From Bacteroidales bacterium (GTDB lineage: Bacteria; Bacteroidota; Bacteroidia; Bacteroidales; GCA-2711565), in the NCBI GenBank assembly GCA_963678785.1, contig OY787449.1, positions 3,505,495-3,569,494 on the forward strand: 64,000 nucleotides of DNA, given 5' to 3'. The notes under the pieces were generated by a model. The model was not told the origin of the DNA. It searched no databases and saw only the letters and a program-made list of their open reading frames with translations. Below, one piece after another: positions 39,540 to 48,061 of the stretch. Each line of letters begins with the position of its first letter. Position 1 is the first letter of the stretch. The position numbers were made by a program, and so were the translations under genes.

Positions 39540-40988
39540 ATGTTGAAAACTGCGCTGTTTTGTTTTGTGGTTTTTTCTCCTTATTTGGCCTATAATCAGG
39601 TAGAAGCGCCGCTTTTTATGGATCGACATGCTAAAACTTTGATAGAGGATACCTTTATATTAGGTTATATGGAGTCGAACCGTACCTTTTATATTCTTAC
39701 GCAAACCGAATATTGGGAATTGCAGATGGTGAGTGAACGGAATTGGGTTAAAAATTATTATCAACAAAATGATTTATTTAATGAATCTGAAATAAAAGAC
39801 CTTACCTGGATTACAACTGACAGTGCATCTTATTTGGTGACCGAAGGAGGTGGGTTTATTTATGAGTTTACCGGAAATTCAATTGTGAGATTGGAAAATT
39901 CATTCGATCAGCGATCAAATGAAGCCTCAACCTATTTTGTTCATCATAACTGTATCATGAATTTTGGGGGTTATGGTTTTTGGCAATACCCTTCTTTTGT
40001 TTCAAAATATGATTTGCATACCGAAAAGTTATCTTCTTTTATCCCAAGAGATGGTGTGTTAATACCACCATCACAAATCAGACCCTTATCATTGTACAAT
40101 GAAGAAAGTGCTTCCTTATATGTATGGGGAGGTGCTCAAGTGAGCTATACAAATTCTGTTTCAAGCCTTATTAATAATACCAACGAATTATGGAGTTTAA
40201 ACCTGAATGATAAACGATGGAATTTGATGGGACATGTAAATATGCCAATCGCTTTCGCGGATAATACAAACACCGATTCATTTATAACTTTTAAATCTGA
40301 TCAGGAGCTTTTTAGCATTTTAGGAGACCGGCTTTATGTGTTTAATATTTTCGATAATAAAATATCTACCTATAAAATAAGTGAGGATTTTGATTTAAAT
40401 GTCGATGCAAATATTCAACCTGCCTACAGTCATTCTCATAAGGTTTTAATGTTATCTTCCCTACCTTATCCAAACAGAAATGTGAGAAGGGTTCAATTTG
40501 TAAGTTTATCAAATTATAAATCAGAATTGGTTTCAGAAACCAAGCTTCAAAAAACACATCTCAAAACCATCATTAATTATAGCATTCTTGGTTTGAGTTT
40601 GCTCGGATTTATATTCCTTGTTTATTATTTATATAAAAATTATTATGTATACCGAAACAAACTGATCATTACGCGCTCAACAAAAGTGATTAAGTTTAAC
40701 ACCAAACATATTAAAGTGCTCGATCCTGAGGAATCTGATTTGGTATTCTGGATTGCACAAAGTGATGACTACGTTTCAACAAACTATATTATGGATCGCC
40801 CATCAGATGGGTCCCAGTCATACGAAAGTATGAAGAAAAGGAAATTACATACCATGAAATCCATAGAAGTTAAATTGGGTGCATTCTCTCAAGTGAAAAA
40901 ACCGGTTTTTATGGAAAAGAAATCTGTTGAAGACTTAAGACTTAAAGAATACAAACTCAATAATGAGTGGATTATTATCAAAGACTAA
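39540..40988 (+). CDS. Signal peptide / Kelch-like beta-propeller / single TM / C-terminal OmpR-PhoB-type winged-helix-like domain protein
   Basis: The likely start is M38 (MLKTALFCFVVFSPYLAYNQ); the ORF track starts at 39429. It has Kelch-like GG...W motifs (FGGYGFWQY, VWGGAQV...ELWSLNLNDKRW) and the TM segment TIINYSILGLSLLGFIFLVYYLY. By eye, the C-terminal ~110 aa align to the Trans_reg_C pattern (KHIKVLDPEESDLVFWIAQSDDYVSTNYIM...KKRKLHTMKSIEVKLG). Confidence 0.5.
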   Translation: MLKTALFCFVVFSPYLAYNQVEAPLFMDRHAKTLIEDTFILGYMESNRTFYILTQTEYWELQMVSERNWVKNYYQQNDLFNESEIKDLTWITTDSASYLVTEGGGFIYEFTGNSIVRLENSFDQRSNEASTYFVHHNCIMNFGGYGFWQYPSFVSKYDLHTEKLSSFIPRDGVLIPPSQIRPLSLYNEESASLYVWGGAQVSYTNSVSSLINNTNELWSLNLNDKRWNLMGHVNMPIAFADNTNTDSFITFKSDQELFSILGDRLYVFNIFDNKISTYKISEDFDLNVDANIQPAYSHSHKVLMLSSLPYPNRNVRRVQFVSLSNYKSELVSETKLQKTHLKTIINYSILGLSLLGFIFLVYYLYKNYYVYRNKLIITRSTKVIKFNTKHIKVLDPEESDLVFWIAQSDDYVSTNYIMDRPSDGSQSYESMKKRKLHTMKSIEVKLGAFSQVKKPVFMEKKSVEDLRLKEYKLNNEWIIIKD

Positions 40989-41002
40989 ATGCCTGGAGTA
41001 TT

Positions 41003-41170
41003 AAGATTCAAGATACAAGACTCAAGACACAAGATTCAAGACACAAGATTCAAGACACAAGATTCAAGATACAAGATTCAAGACACAAGATTCAAGATAC
41101 AAGATTCAAGACACAAGATTCAAGACACAAGATTCAAGATACAAGATTCAAGACACAAGATTCAAGATAT
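41003..41170. repeat. Tandem heptanucleotide array, 24 units of AAGAYWC (14-nt super-unit AAGATTCAAGAYAC x12)
   Basis: Read unit by unit from 41003: ATTC, ATAC, ACTC, ACAC, ATTC, ACAC, ATTC, ACAC, ATTC, ATAC, ATTC, ACAC, ATTC, ATAC, ATTC, ACAC, ATTC, ACAC, ATTC, ATAC, ATTC, ACAC, ATTC, ATAT, each preceded by AAG. A degenerate 25th unit, GAGATGT, follows. Confidence 0.95.
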
Positions 41171-41254
41171 GAGATGTTTGATTTTTGAGGATTTAAAGAG
41201 TTTGAACTTGAGATTTTATTTAAGTTTTTAGCTCTTTTATTCTAAGATCGAATA

Positions 41255-41761
41255 TCAATCTTGCCTATTTATTTTTCCTGTTTTAAAAGAATAAAACCTT
41301 TGTGTGAAATAGCTGTAAGTGACCACAAAAATGGTGGTGATTATTTTTGATGGAGTAGGGTAGATGCCAAAAACTTCGACAAATAATTTCAGAAACAGAT
41401 AATTAAGCAGGATAGCTCCGAATACAGTTACGGCATATCTGAATAATTGTATCCTCCCTTTGATTAATGATGAAGTAAATGTGATGTATTTAGCCAATAA
41501 AAACCCAGTAAAAAAAGTAATTGGAAACACAAAAATAAAAGCAGCAATGTGAGGACTCATAGCAACGACCCCAAGATCTACAATTTGTTTCTCTAAAATG
41601 AAATTATAGAATATAAAGTATAGGAAAATATCCAATGCTGTGTTTGCGCCTCCGGTAGCTGCATAGCGAAAGGTTTCGATGGGGATAAATTTGGAGAATG
41701 GAGGGTAAACCCAATTAATGATGTTGTTGATTAATTTTTGGATTGCAAGCAAAGGATTCAT
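41255..41761 (-). CDS. GtrA family membrane protein
   Basis: 168 aa with four TM segments. FRYAATGGANTALDIFLYFIFYNF is typical of the GtrA-like family. Confidence 0.75.
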   Translation of the reverse strand: MNPLLAIQKLINNIINWVYPPFSKFIPIETFRYAATGGANTALDIFLYFIFYNFILEKQIVDLGVVAMSPHIAAFIFVFPITFFTGFLLAKYITFTSSLIKGRIQLFRYAVTVFGAILLNYLFLKLFVEVFGIYPTPSKIITTIFVVTYSYFTQRFYSFKTGKINRQD

Positions 41762-41873
41762 TAAAGTTTATTTAGTTGGTCAAATTGATGTCGCGAATTT
41801 ACAATAAAAATTATTTTTTATTTGTTTATGTTTTTTGATTTTAACCTTAATATTGAAGGTTACTCCGAAAAAA

Positions 41874-41905
41874 GGGAAGGCTTCCCATATATGGGAAGCC
41901 TTCCC
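41874..41905 (-). terminator. Second of two tandem terminators after susD
   Basis: The stem is a perfect 14 bp, GGGAAGGCTTCCCA (41874-41887) / TGGGAAGCCTTCCC (41892-41905). A-run 41868-41873 gives a U-run on the minus transcript. Confidence 0.8.
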
Positions 41906-41916
41906 TTAAAATGAAA

Positions 41917-41954
41917 GAAAGAGGCTGTCTGATACTTTGCAGACAGCCTCTTTC
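41917..41954 (-). terminator. First terminator after susD
   Basis: The stem is a perfect 15 bp, GAAAGAGGCTGTCTG (41917-41931) / CAGACAGCCTCTTTC (41940-41954), with an 8-nt loop. A T-rich tract follows on the minus strand. Confidence 0.8.
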
Positions 41955-41987
41955 ATGTTTATTTAATCAATGTTCCTAATAAAAGGA

Positions 41988-43391
41988 TTAATAACCAGGA
42001 TTTTGAACCATGTTTTCATTCACATCCATTTCAAATTGACCAATGGCTAAAATGAATCGATCGCTTGGATAAGCAATATCACAAATGGTAGCAGTACAAT
42101 CTGTTCTGTGTACGCCCATTTTGTGTCTTGTTAAATCCCATAGTCTGCTTCCTTCGAAACAAAGTTCAAGTCTTCTTTCTAATAAGATCTCATCTAAAAG
42201 AGCTTGTCCTGTTGCTGTTACATCAGCTGCTGTTGGGTTTGCACGTTGTCGTACCATATCAACATCAGCTTGAGCAGCAGAAGCGTTGCCTAAATTGTAA
42301 TTTGCTTCAGCACGGATAAGATAAACATCAGCTAAACGAATAACCTGTGGATTGTTGTATCCTAAATTGTTTGCATATTTATTTACACGAGTTGTTCCGT
42401 AAATACCGCCACCAATAGTAAGGTCGGTTGCAAAAAGTGTACCTCTAACATCACCAGCAGGAAATAAATTAAGGATGTCTTCAGCTGGCAAATAGTCACC
42501 ATATCCGCTTCCTAAATACATACCTGCTAAAGCATCTGTACCTCGTTTGTCAGTTTCATTCATGTCTATTTCAAAAATAGCTTCTGAATGACCATCCTGA
42601 ATAAAAATATCGGCATAATTAGCATTACTTACTAAAGAATAGTTGCCGCTGTTTATTACATCATTAGCTGCAGAAAGTGCAGATGACCAATCCTCTTTAA
42701 ACATATATACTCTTGCCAATAAAGCTTTAACTGAGTTTCTGTTTAAAAAATGAGAATCATTATCATCATCAATAAGCCCAAGAGCAGTATTAAAATCTGC
42801 AATTACCTGATCGTAAACTTCCTTAACGGAACTACGAGCTGGTTTTTGGAATGGATCAACGGTTGTTACGATTGGAATACCCAGATGAGAAGCATCAGCA
42901 GTATAAGTATAATGTTGTCCATAAATACGAACTAGATCAAAATGAACTAAGGCTCTCAATGCATAAGCTTGACCTAAATAATTGTCAACATCAATATCAG
43001 TTTCAATAGAAAGCATTCTATTGGCTCTGTCAATTACCCGATAGGCATATTCAAAAATATTACCTGAAAGATTATTATTATCAGTTGCAGAACCAACATA
43101 TTCTGCCCAGTCGGAAGCACGGTTTGCACTGGCGTTTAATTTAACATCGTCACTCATGATGTCAGTTACAAGTGTGAAATATCTACCGTAGTAGTTAGAA
43201 CTTGATAAGCCATCATAGCAACCAACAACGGCAGCTTCAAAATCACCAACAGTGCTTAATGCTGCAGAAGTAGAAACTGCTTGCTGTGGTTGTAATTCTA
43301 GAAAATCTTTTGAACATGATACCGTGAAAAACACAACTAGTAACACTATCAGAGGAGATTTTCCTGATATTTTATTTATAAGTTTTTTCAT
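41988..43391 (-). CDS. susD: SusD/RagB family nutrient-binding outer-membrane lipoprotein
   Basis: 467 aa with lipobox FFTVSC. It has the typical SusD N-terminal pattern (SKDFLELQPQQAVS) and C-terminal ERRLELCFEGSRLWDLTR. Confidence 0.9.
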   Translation of the reverse strand: MKKLINKISGKSPLIVLLVVFFTVSCSKDFLELQPQQAVSTSAALSTVGDFEAAVVGCYDGLSSSNYYGRYFTLVTDIMSDDVKLNASANRASDWAEYVGSATDNNNLSGNIFEYAYRVIDRANRMLSIETDIDVDNYLGQAYALRALVHFDLVRIYGQHYTYTADASHLGIPIVTTVDPFQKPARSSVKEVYDQVIADFNTALGLIDDDNDSHFLNRNSVKALLARVYMFKEDWSSALSAANDVINSGNYSLVSNANYADIFIQDGHSEAIFEIDMNETDKRGTDALAGMYLGSGYGDYLPAEDILNLFPAGDVRGTLFATDLTIGGGIYGTTRVNKYANNLGYNNPQVIRLADVYLIRAEANYNLGNASAAQADVDMVRQRANPTAADVTATGQALLDEILLERRLELCFEGSRLWDLTRHKMGVHRTDCTATICDIAYPSDRFILAIGQFEMDVNENMVQNPGY

Positions 43392-43426
43392 AATTATATA
43401 TTTTAATTTTTTTACAAACTAGTTGA

Positions 43427-46400
43427 TTAAAATCCCACATTTACACCAAACGTAATGGTTTTTGATTTTGGTTGTAAACCATCAACTAAACCACTAACAC
43501 TAGCTTCTGGATCCAGATGTAAGTTCTCTTTGTCTCTAACCCAGGTAAGTAAGTTGTTACCTTTAACAAAAACTTTCAATGAAGAAATATCCAATTTGTC
43601 AATGATTGATTTACCGAAGGTATAAGATAAAGTAATATCTCTTAAACGAGCGTAAGTTGCATCGTATAAGTAACGAGTTTGATATTTTTGATTACTCTTA
43701 GTTGAGTTGCCCCATACCCACTGTGGGTAAGATGTCTCTTGTCCCGGAGTAGTCCATCTGTTTTCGAAGCCGTAAACATGTGTTCCCCTTGGAGTGTAAC
43801 GTCCGTCACCATCCAATACAAAACCAGCAACATCATATATATACTTATCAAGTACAAATACAACTTGTGCACTTAAATCAAAGTTTTTGTAATGGATGTT
43901 GGTATTGATACCACCAAAAGCACTTGGTGTGGCAGATTTACCAGTATACCATCTATCTGCTTCACTTACGTCTTCTGTTGTAGTAGTCATAGATTCGTCA
44001 GTATACCACATTGCATGTCCGGTTTGAGGATTTACACCAGCCCAGTGCCACATATAATATTCGTAATAATCACGACCTTCTTCAGCTCGATGTGATCCAT
44101 TAAGGATAGGTTCATCAAGACGAGTAACTTCGTTTTTCATCATGGTTAAGTTAAACCCGAAATCCCAGCTAAAGTCAGCTGTTTTTGCAATCTCTGCATT
44201 CATCTCAAGCTCAATACCAGAGTTTAACATATCACCTACATTTTGAGTATTTGCATCAAAACCTGTAGTTGTTGAAAGTGGACGATCTAATAAAAGATCA
44301 GAGTTTTTTCTGTTAAAATAAGTGAAAGTAGCACTGATTCTGTCAAACATATATAAATCAACACCAATATCTAAAGTGCTTTGGCCTTCCCATGTTAACA
44401 TTGGGTTACCAATATTAGAAGGTGCTGAACCAGCAACACCGGCATAGTCATAACCGAAACCGTATAATGCCATGGCATCAAAGTTTCCGATACTTGCATT
44501 ACCAGTGATACCGTAAGATACTCGAAGTTTTAAATCGTTTAGCCAGTTTATATCAGCCATAAAATCTTCTTCGATGACTCTCCATGATCCACCAATTGAC
44601 CAGAAGTTACCCCAACGACTGTCTTCACCAAAACGAGAAGATCCATCACGACGGAAACTAGCAGTAGCATAATATTTACCACCATAATTATAAGAGAATC
44701 TTGAGAACATAGAAGCAAAACTATATTGAGTTCCTGCACTCCAAGCTAATGTTGGATTTGCAGCACTTGCTAAAGTTCTTAAAGTAGGATTTGGAAACCC
44801 TTCACCTCTGGCTTGTACAGCTCTTCTGTCATATTTTTGAGCTTCATAACCTAATAATGCATCAAAGTTATGCTTGTCGCCAAATAGTTTGTTGTAATTT
44901 AAAGTTTGAGTTCCGATCCAGTTGGTACTGTTGATTGAAGCTTCATTACTTCGGCCACCAACACGACGACCATCACCATAACGTGCATTTTCGAATTCGA
45001 ATTCATGAATTCCAATCAAGTCAAAACTCCATGCTGATTTGAAGGTCAAATCTTCACGAATCTTATAACTGGCTGAAAGGTTATCAAGAATACGGGTTTG
45101 CTTTTGCCATCTTTCGTCTTCTAACAAACGTCCAACAGGGTTGGCACCACCCATAAAGAAACTTTTGTGATCAGCATAATATAAACCTTGCTCATCATAA
45201 ATAGGAACAACAGGGGCAACTAGATAGGCACCGTACATTGGGTTATCCCATGCAGTACCATCACTTGTACCATTTGATTCGGTTCTACCAACAGTAATAT
45301 TATTGGTAATGGTTAATTTGTCAGTAAGATCTGCTTTGATATTTAATCTGGAAGAAAAACGATTGAAGTCAGTTCCAATCAATACACCTTCCTGATCATA
45401 ATATCCAATAGAAGCAAAATAAGAAATACCTTTTGCTCCACCGCTTACATCAACATTATACTGTTGAGTAATACCGGTTCTCATGATATCTTCAAGCCAG
45501 TTGTGATCGGCTGGATCTGGAAAATAATTGTCAAATCTTGCTTGAGCTTGAGCTAAAGTTTCACCTTTATTCATATAACCTTCGAGGAATAAGGTTGTAT
45601 ATTGATCTGCATTAAGTGCCTCATGTCTGCCGTTATAAGCATTGTCAGAGAAACCAGTTTGAGCACTAAAATTAATTTTAGCTTTTCCTGATTTACCACC
45701 TTTAGTTGTAATAAGAATTACACCGTTTGCACCACGAGAACCATAAATAGCGGTTGCAGATGCATCTTTTAATACGGATAAACTCTCAATGTCATTGGGG
45801 TTGATGGTTGACATGATGTTTGAAGATCGTCCACCATTGTCAAATCCAGTTTCTGAATCGGCTCCTGTTTGAACAGGGATACCATCAATAACATATAATG
45901 GAGCACTTGAAGCATTAATTGATCCAATACCACGAATACGTATCTGAGTTGCAGCACCTGGCTGACCGTCATTGGCATTCATTTGAAGACCAACAACACC
46001 TCCTTGTAATGAACTTTCTAGAGAGGCAACCGGTACCATTTCAAATTTTTCGCTACCAACTACTTCAACGGCACCTGTCAGTGCTTCTTTGGTTGATGTA
46101 CCGTAACCAATAACTACAACTTCTTCAAGACCAACAAGGTCTAATTCTAAAGCTACATTTAAGGTTGATGCTTGACCAACAGCTAATTCCTGATGCTTAA
46201 ATCCAATAAATGAAAATTTAAGGACTGCACTTGCATTTGGAATTGTTAGTTGATACTTACCATCGATGTCGGTTGTTACACCAGTGGTTGTTCCGATAAC
46301 CATTACTGTTACACCTGGGAGGGTTGATCCATCCTCAGCACTTGTAACCGTACCAGTTACGACTCTTCCCTGAGCAAAAGAAATTTGCATTCCAAGGAAG

Positions 46401-46432
46401 AACAATAATAAAATTGTTAATGTTCGTTTCAT
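43427..46432 (-). CDS. susC: SusC/RagA family TonB-linked outer-membrane protein
   Basis: 1001 aa. It has an N-terminal carboxypeptidase-regulatory-like domain (GTVTSAEDGSTLPGVTVMVIGTTTGVTTDIDGKYQL), a plug (SLSVLKDASATAIYGSRGANGVILITTK), and ends in ...GVNVGF. Confidence 0.92.
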   Translation of the reverse strand: MKRTLTILLLFFLGMQISFAQGRVVTGTVTSAEDGSTLPGVTVMVIGTTTGVTTDIDGKYQLTIPNASAVLKFSFIGFKHQELAVGQASTLNVALELDLVGLEEVVVIGYGTSTKEALTGAVEVVGSEKFEMVPVASLESSLQGGVVGLQMNANDGQPGAATQIRIRGIGSINASSAPLYVIDGIPVQTGADSETGFDNGGRSSNIMSTINPNDIESLSVLKDASATAIYGSRGANGVILITTKGGKSGKAKINFSAQTGFSDNAYNGRHEALNADQYTTLFLEGYMNKGETLAQAQARFDNYFPDPADHNWLEDIMRTGITQQYNVDVSGGAKGISYFASIGYYDQEGVLIGTDFNRFSSRLNIKADLTDKLTITNNITVGRTESNGTSDGTAWDNPMYGAYLVAPVVPIYDEQGLYYADHKSFFMGGANPVGRLLEDERWQKQTRILDNLSASYKIREDLTFKSAWSFDLIGIHEFEFENARYGDGRRVGGRSNEASINSTNWIGTQTLNYNKLFGDKHNFDALLGYEAQKYDRRAVQARGEGFPNPTLRTLASAANPTLAWSAGTQYSFASMFSRFSYNYGGKYYATASFRRDGSSRFGEDSRWGNFWSIGGSWRVIEEDFMADINWLNDLKLRVSYGITGNASIGNFDAMALYGFGYDYAGVAGSAPSNIGNPMLTWEGQSTLDIGVDLYMFDRISATFTYFNRKNSDLLLDRPLSTTTGFDANTQNVGDMLNSGIELEMNAEIAKTADFSWDFGFNLTMMKNEVTRLDEPILNGSHRAEEGRDYYEYYMWHWAGVNPQTGHAMWYTDESMTTTTEDVSEADRWYTGKSATPSAFGGINTNIHYKNFDLSAQVVFVLDKYIYDVAGFVLDGDGRYTPRGTHVYGFENRWTTPGQETSYPQWVWGNSTKSNQKYQTRYLYDATYARLRDITLSYTFGKSIIDKLDISSLKVFVKGNNLLTWVRDKENLHLDPEASVSGLVDGLQPKSKTITFGVNVGF

Positions 46433-46868
46433 AGATAAAAATTTTGATTAGATAATTTTTGTTTTAGTTAACGTGTTTTATTTATGCGGGGTGTAGTTTT
46501 TGCCAATTGCATAAATAGTTATTTTATTCTCATAGGCATTTAACTTTTAGTTAATAATTATTGTTAATGTCTGATTGTTTTGTGAGGTGCAAATAGAAAT
46601 CTCAATTTAAGAAATTTTTTAAAAAAGTAAAAGGTTTTTTTAGAAAGAGAAGAAGTTGATAGCGTTTTTATGTATTCGATAAGAGATCATATTTTGTCGA
46701 TAAGGACCAATAATCATCATACGTAAGGATTTATTGAGATGTTTTGGGATGGGTTGATACTAGCTGTTTACGTAAGAAATTAAAATCATTGATTTGGTTT
46801 TCATTTCTTGGAGCCAATCATATCTATCTATGATATAAAAGGCTTACAAAAGGGTTCATTATTTTTTG

Positions 46869-46894
46869 AATTATGTTAAAAATTTAACATAATT
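46869..46894. promoter_or_regulatory. 26-nt near-perfect palindrome AATTATGTTAAAA|ATTTAACATAATT in the susC upstream region
   Basis: 12 of 13 positions pair, checked by hand. Confidence 0.35.
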
Positions 46895-47042
46895 GGTTCA
46901 AATTTCTAAGTTATTTTGTCTCAGAACTAACAATTTATTAGTATAAAAAAGTGGGTTTTCTTTAAAAAAGCTTAAAAAGCGTCGAATTTTTACTCAAAAA
47001 AGATAGATTTTTGTGATTAAGATTAAAAAATTGACGATAATT

Positions 47043-47068
47043 ATTTTTGATTTCATGATATCAAAAAT
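47043..47068. promoter_or_regulatory. 26-nt near-perfect palindrome ATTTTTGATTTCA|TGATATCAAAAAT in the susC upstream region
   Basis: 12 of 13 positions pair, checked by hand. Confidence 0.35.
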
Positions 47069-47231
47069 TAAAGCCTTAATGAATTTTTATACTAAAAATA
47101 TGTGAATATTGAATAATTTATTCGGTATTATCAATGTATTTAAAACTCAATGATGCTGAACCCAATACTTGTGATAAGTGAGTACATCTAATTATTGATT
47201 TAAATTCGCTGTAAATTGATGGTTAGGGGTA

Positions 47232-47257
47232 TAAAAAAAGCCCTCATTGAGGGCTTA
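47232..47257 (-). terminator. Rho-independent terminator after csp
   Basis: The stem is AAGCCCTCA (47238-47246) / TGAGGGCTT (47248-47256). An A-run on the plus strand upstream gives a U-run on the minus transcript. Confidence 0.85.
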
Positions 47258-47285
47258 TTTATACATGTTTAAGATTTTTTTTTGC

Positions 47286-47741
47286 TTATTTAACCAGTTT
47301 AACTTTCATGGCCGTAGGACCTTTATGTCCCATCTCCACCTCAAAATTAACTAAATTTCCTTCTTTTATTTCATCAACTACATTGTTAATATGCACAAAA
47401 ACACTTTCTTTGGTTTCCATATCTTTTATAAATCCATAACCTTTCGAATCGTTAAAAAATGAAACAATACCTTTACGTATGGGGTCAGCTTTATGAGACG
47501 AATCACGACTTGGTACTCCAATTTCAATGTCTTCTAGTTTAATTTCTTCTTTTTTCTTGTTCGGATCAGGGGCCTCACTCGTAATCATACCGTTTTCGTC
47601 AACATAGGCAATCATGTCATCTAAACTACCTTTTTTCTCATTCTCTTTTCTGGCAAGTCTTTTCTTTTCTTTCTCTTTACGCTTTTTTTCTTTTTTGTTT
47701 CGTACTTCCTTTTTGTTGAACGTATCTTGTGATCGACCCAT
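47286..47741 (-). CDS. Cold-shock domain protein with a Lys/Glu-rich N-terminal extension
   Basis: 151 aa. The C-terminal CSD contains GIVSFFNDSKGYGFI (RNP1-like) and VFVHIN. Confidence 0.85.
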   Translation of the reverse strand: MGRSQDTFNKKEVRNKKEKKRKEKEKKRLARKENEKKGSLDDMIAYVDENGMITSEAPDPNKKKEEIKLEDIEIGVPSRDSSHKADPIRKGIVSFFNDSKGYGFIKDMETKESVFVHINNVVDEIKEGNLVNFEVEMGHKGPTAMKVKLVK

Positions 47742-48004
47742 AAATGTGTTGTGCTTTTTTAATGATTAATATAACAAATGGTTTTGTTTTAGAATAAAGT
47801 AGAAGACCATTTGTTTTGTATGAATAACTTTGCAAAGTTAAAACTTTATTCCGAAAGTATTCTTTTTATCTACTTATATCTCAATTAATACCTATGTAAA
47901 CTTAAATCTTGTCTGTAAAATACCAATAGACGGGTATGATTCGTAAAAAAATTTGTAAGTAAATATAAATTAATGCAAGCATTGATTATATCCATCAATA
48001 AAAA

Positions 48005-48031
48005 AGCTTCAAGAATTTAATTCTTGAAGCT
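48005..48031. terminator. Bidirectional terminator after the M16 peptidase operon
   Basis: The stem is AGCTTCAAGAAT (48005-48016) / ATTCTTGAAGCT (48020-48031), flanked by an A-run on the left and a T-run on the right. Confidence 0.8.
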
Positions 48032-48061
48032 TTTTTTCTGGTTTAAAAAATTGATCTCTAT

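Noticed and set aside
41003-41170. The heptamer array might be a CRISPR array.
   Set aside because: The units are 7 nt and directly abutting, with no unique spacers. No cas genes are nearby.
40967-41231. Two track ORFs (73 and 80 aa) encode repetitive peptides such as KIQDTRFKTQDSRH.
   Set aside because: They are simply the stop-free reading of the 7-nt tandem array in two frames. Because the period is not a multiple of three, several frames stay open. They have no independent coding signal.
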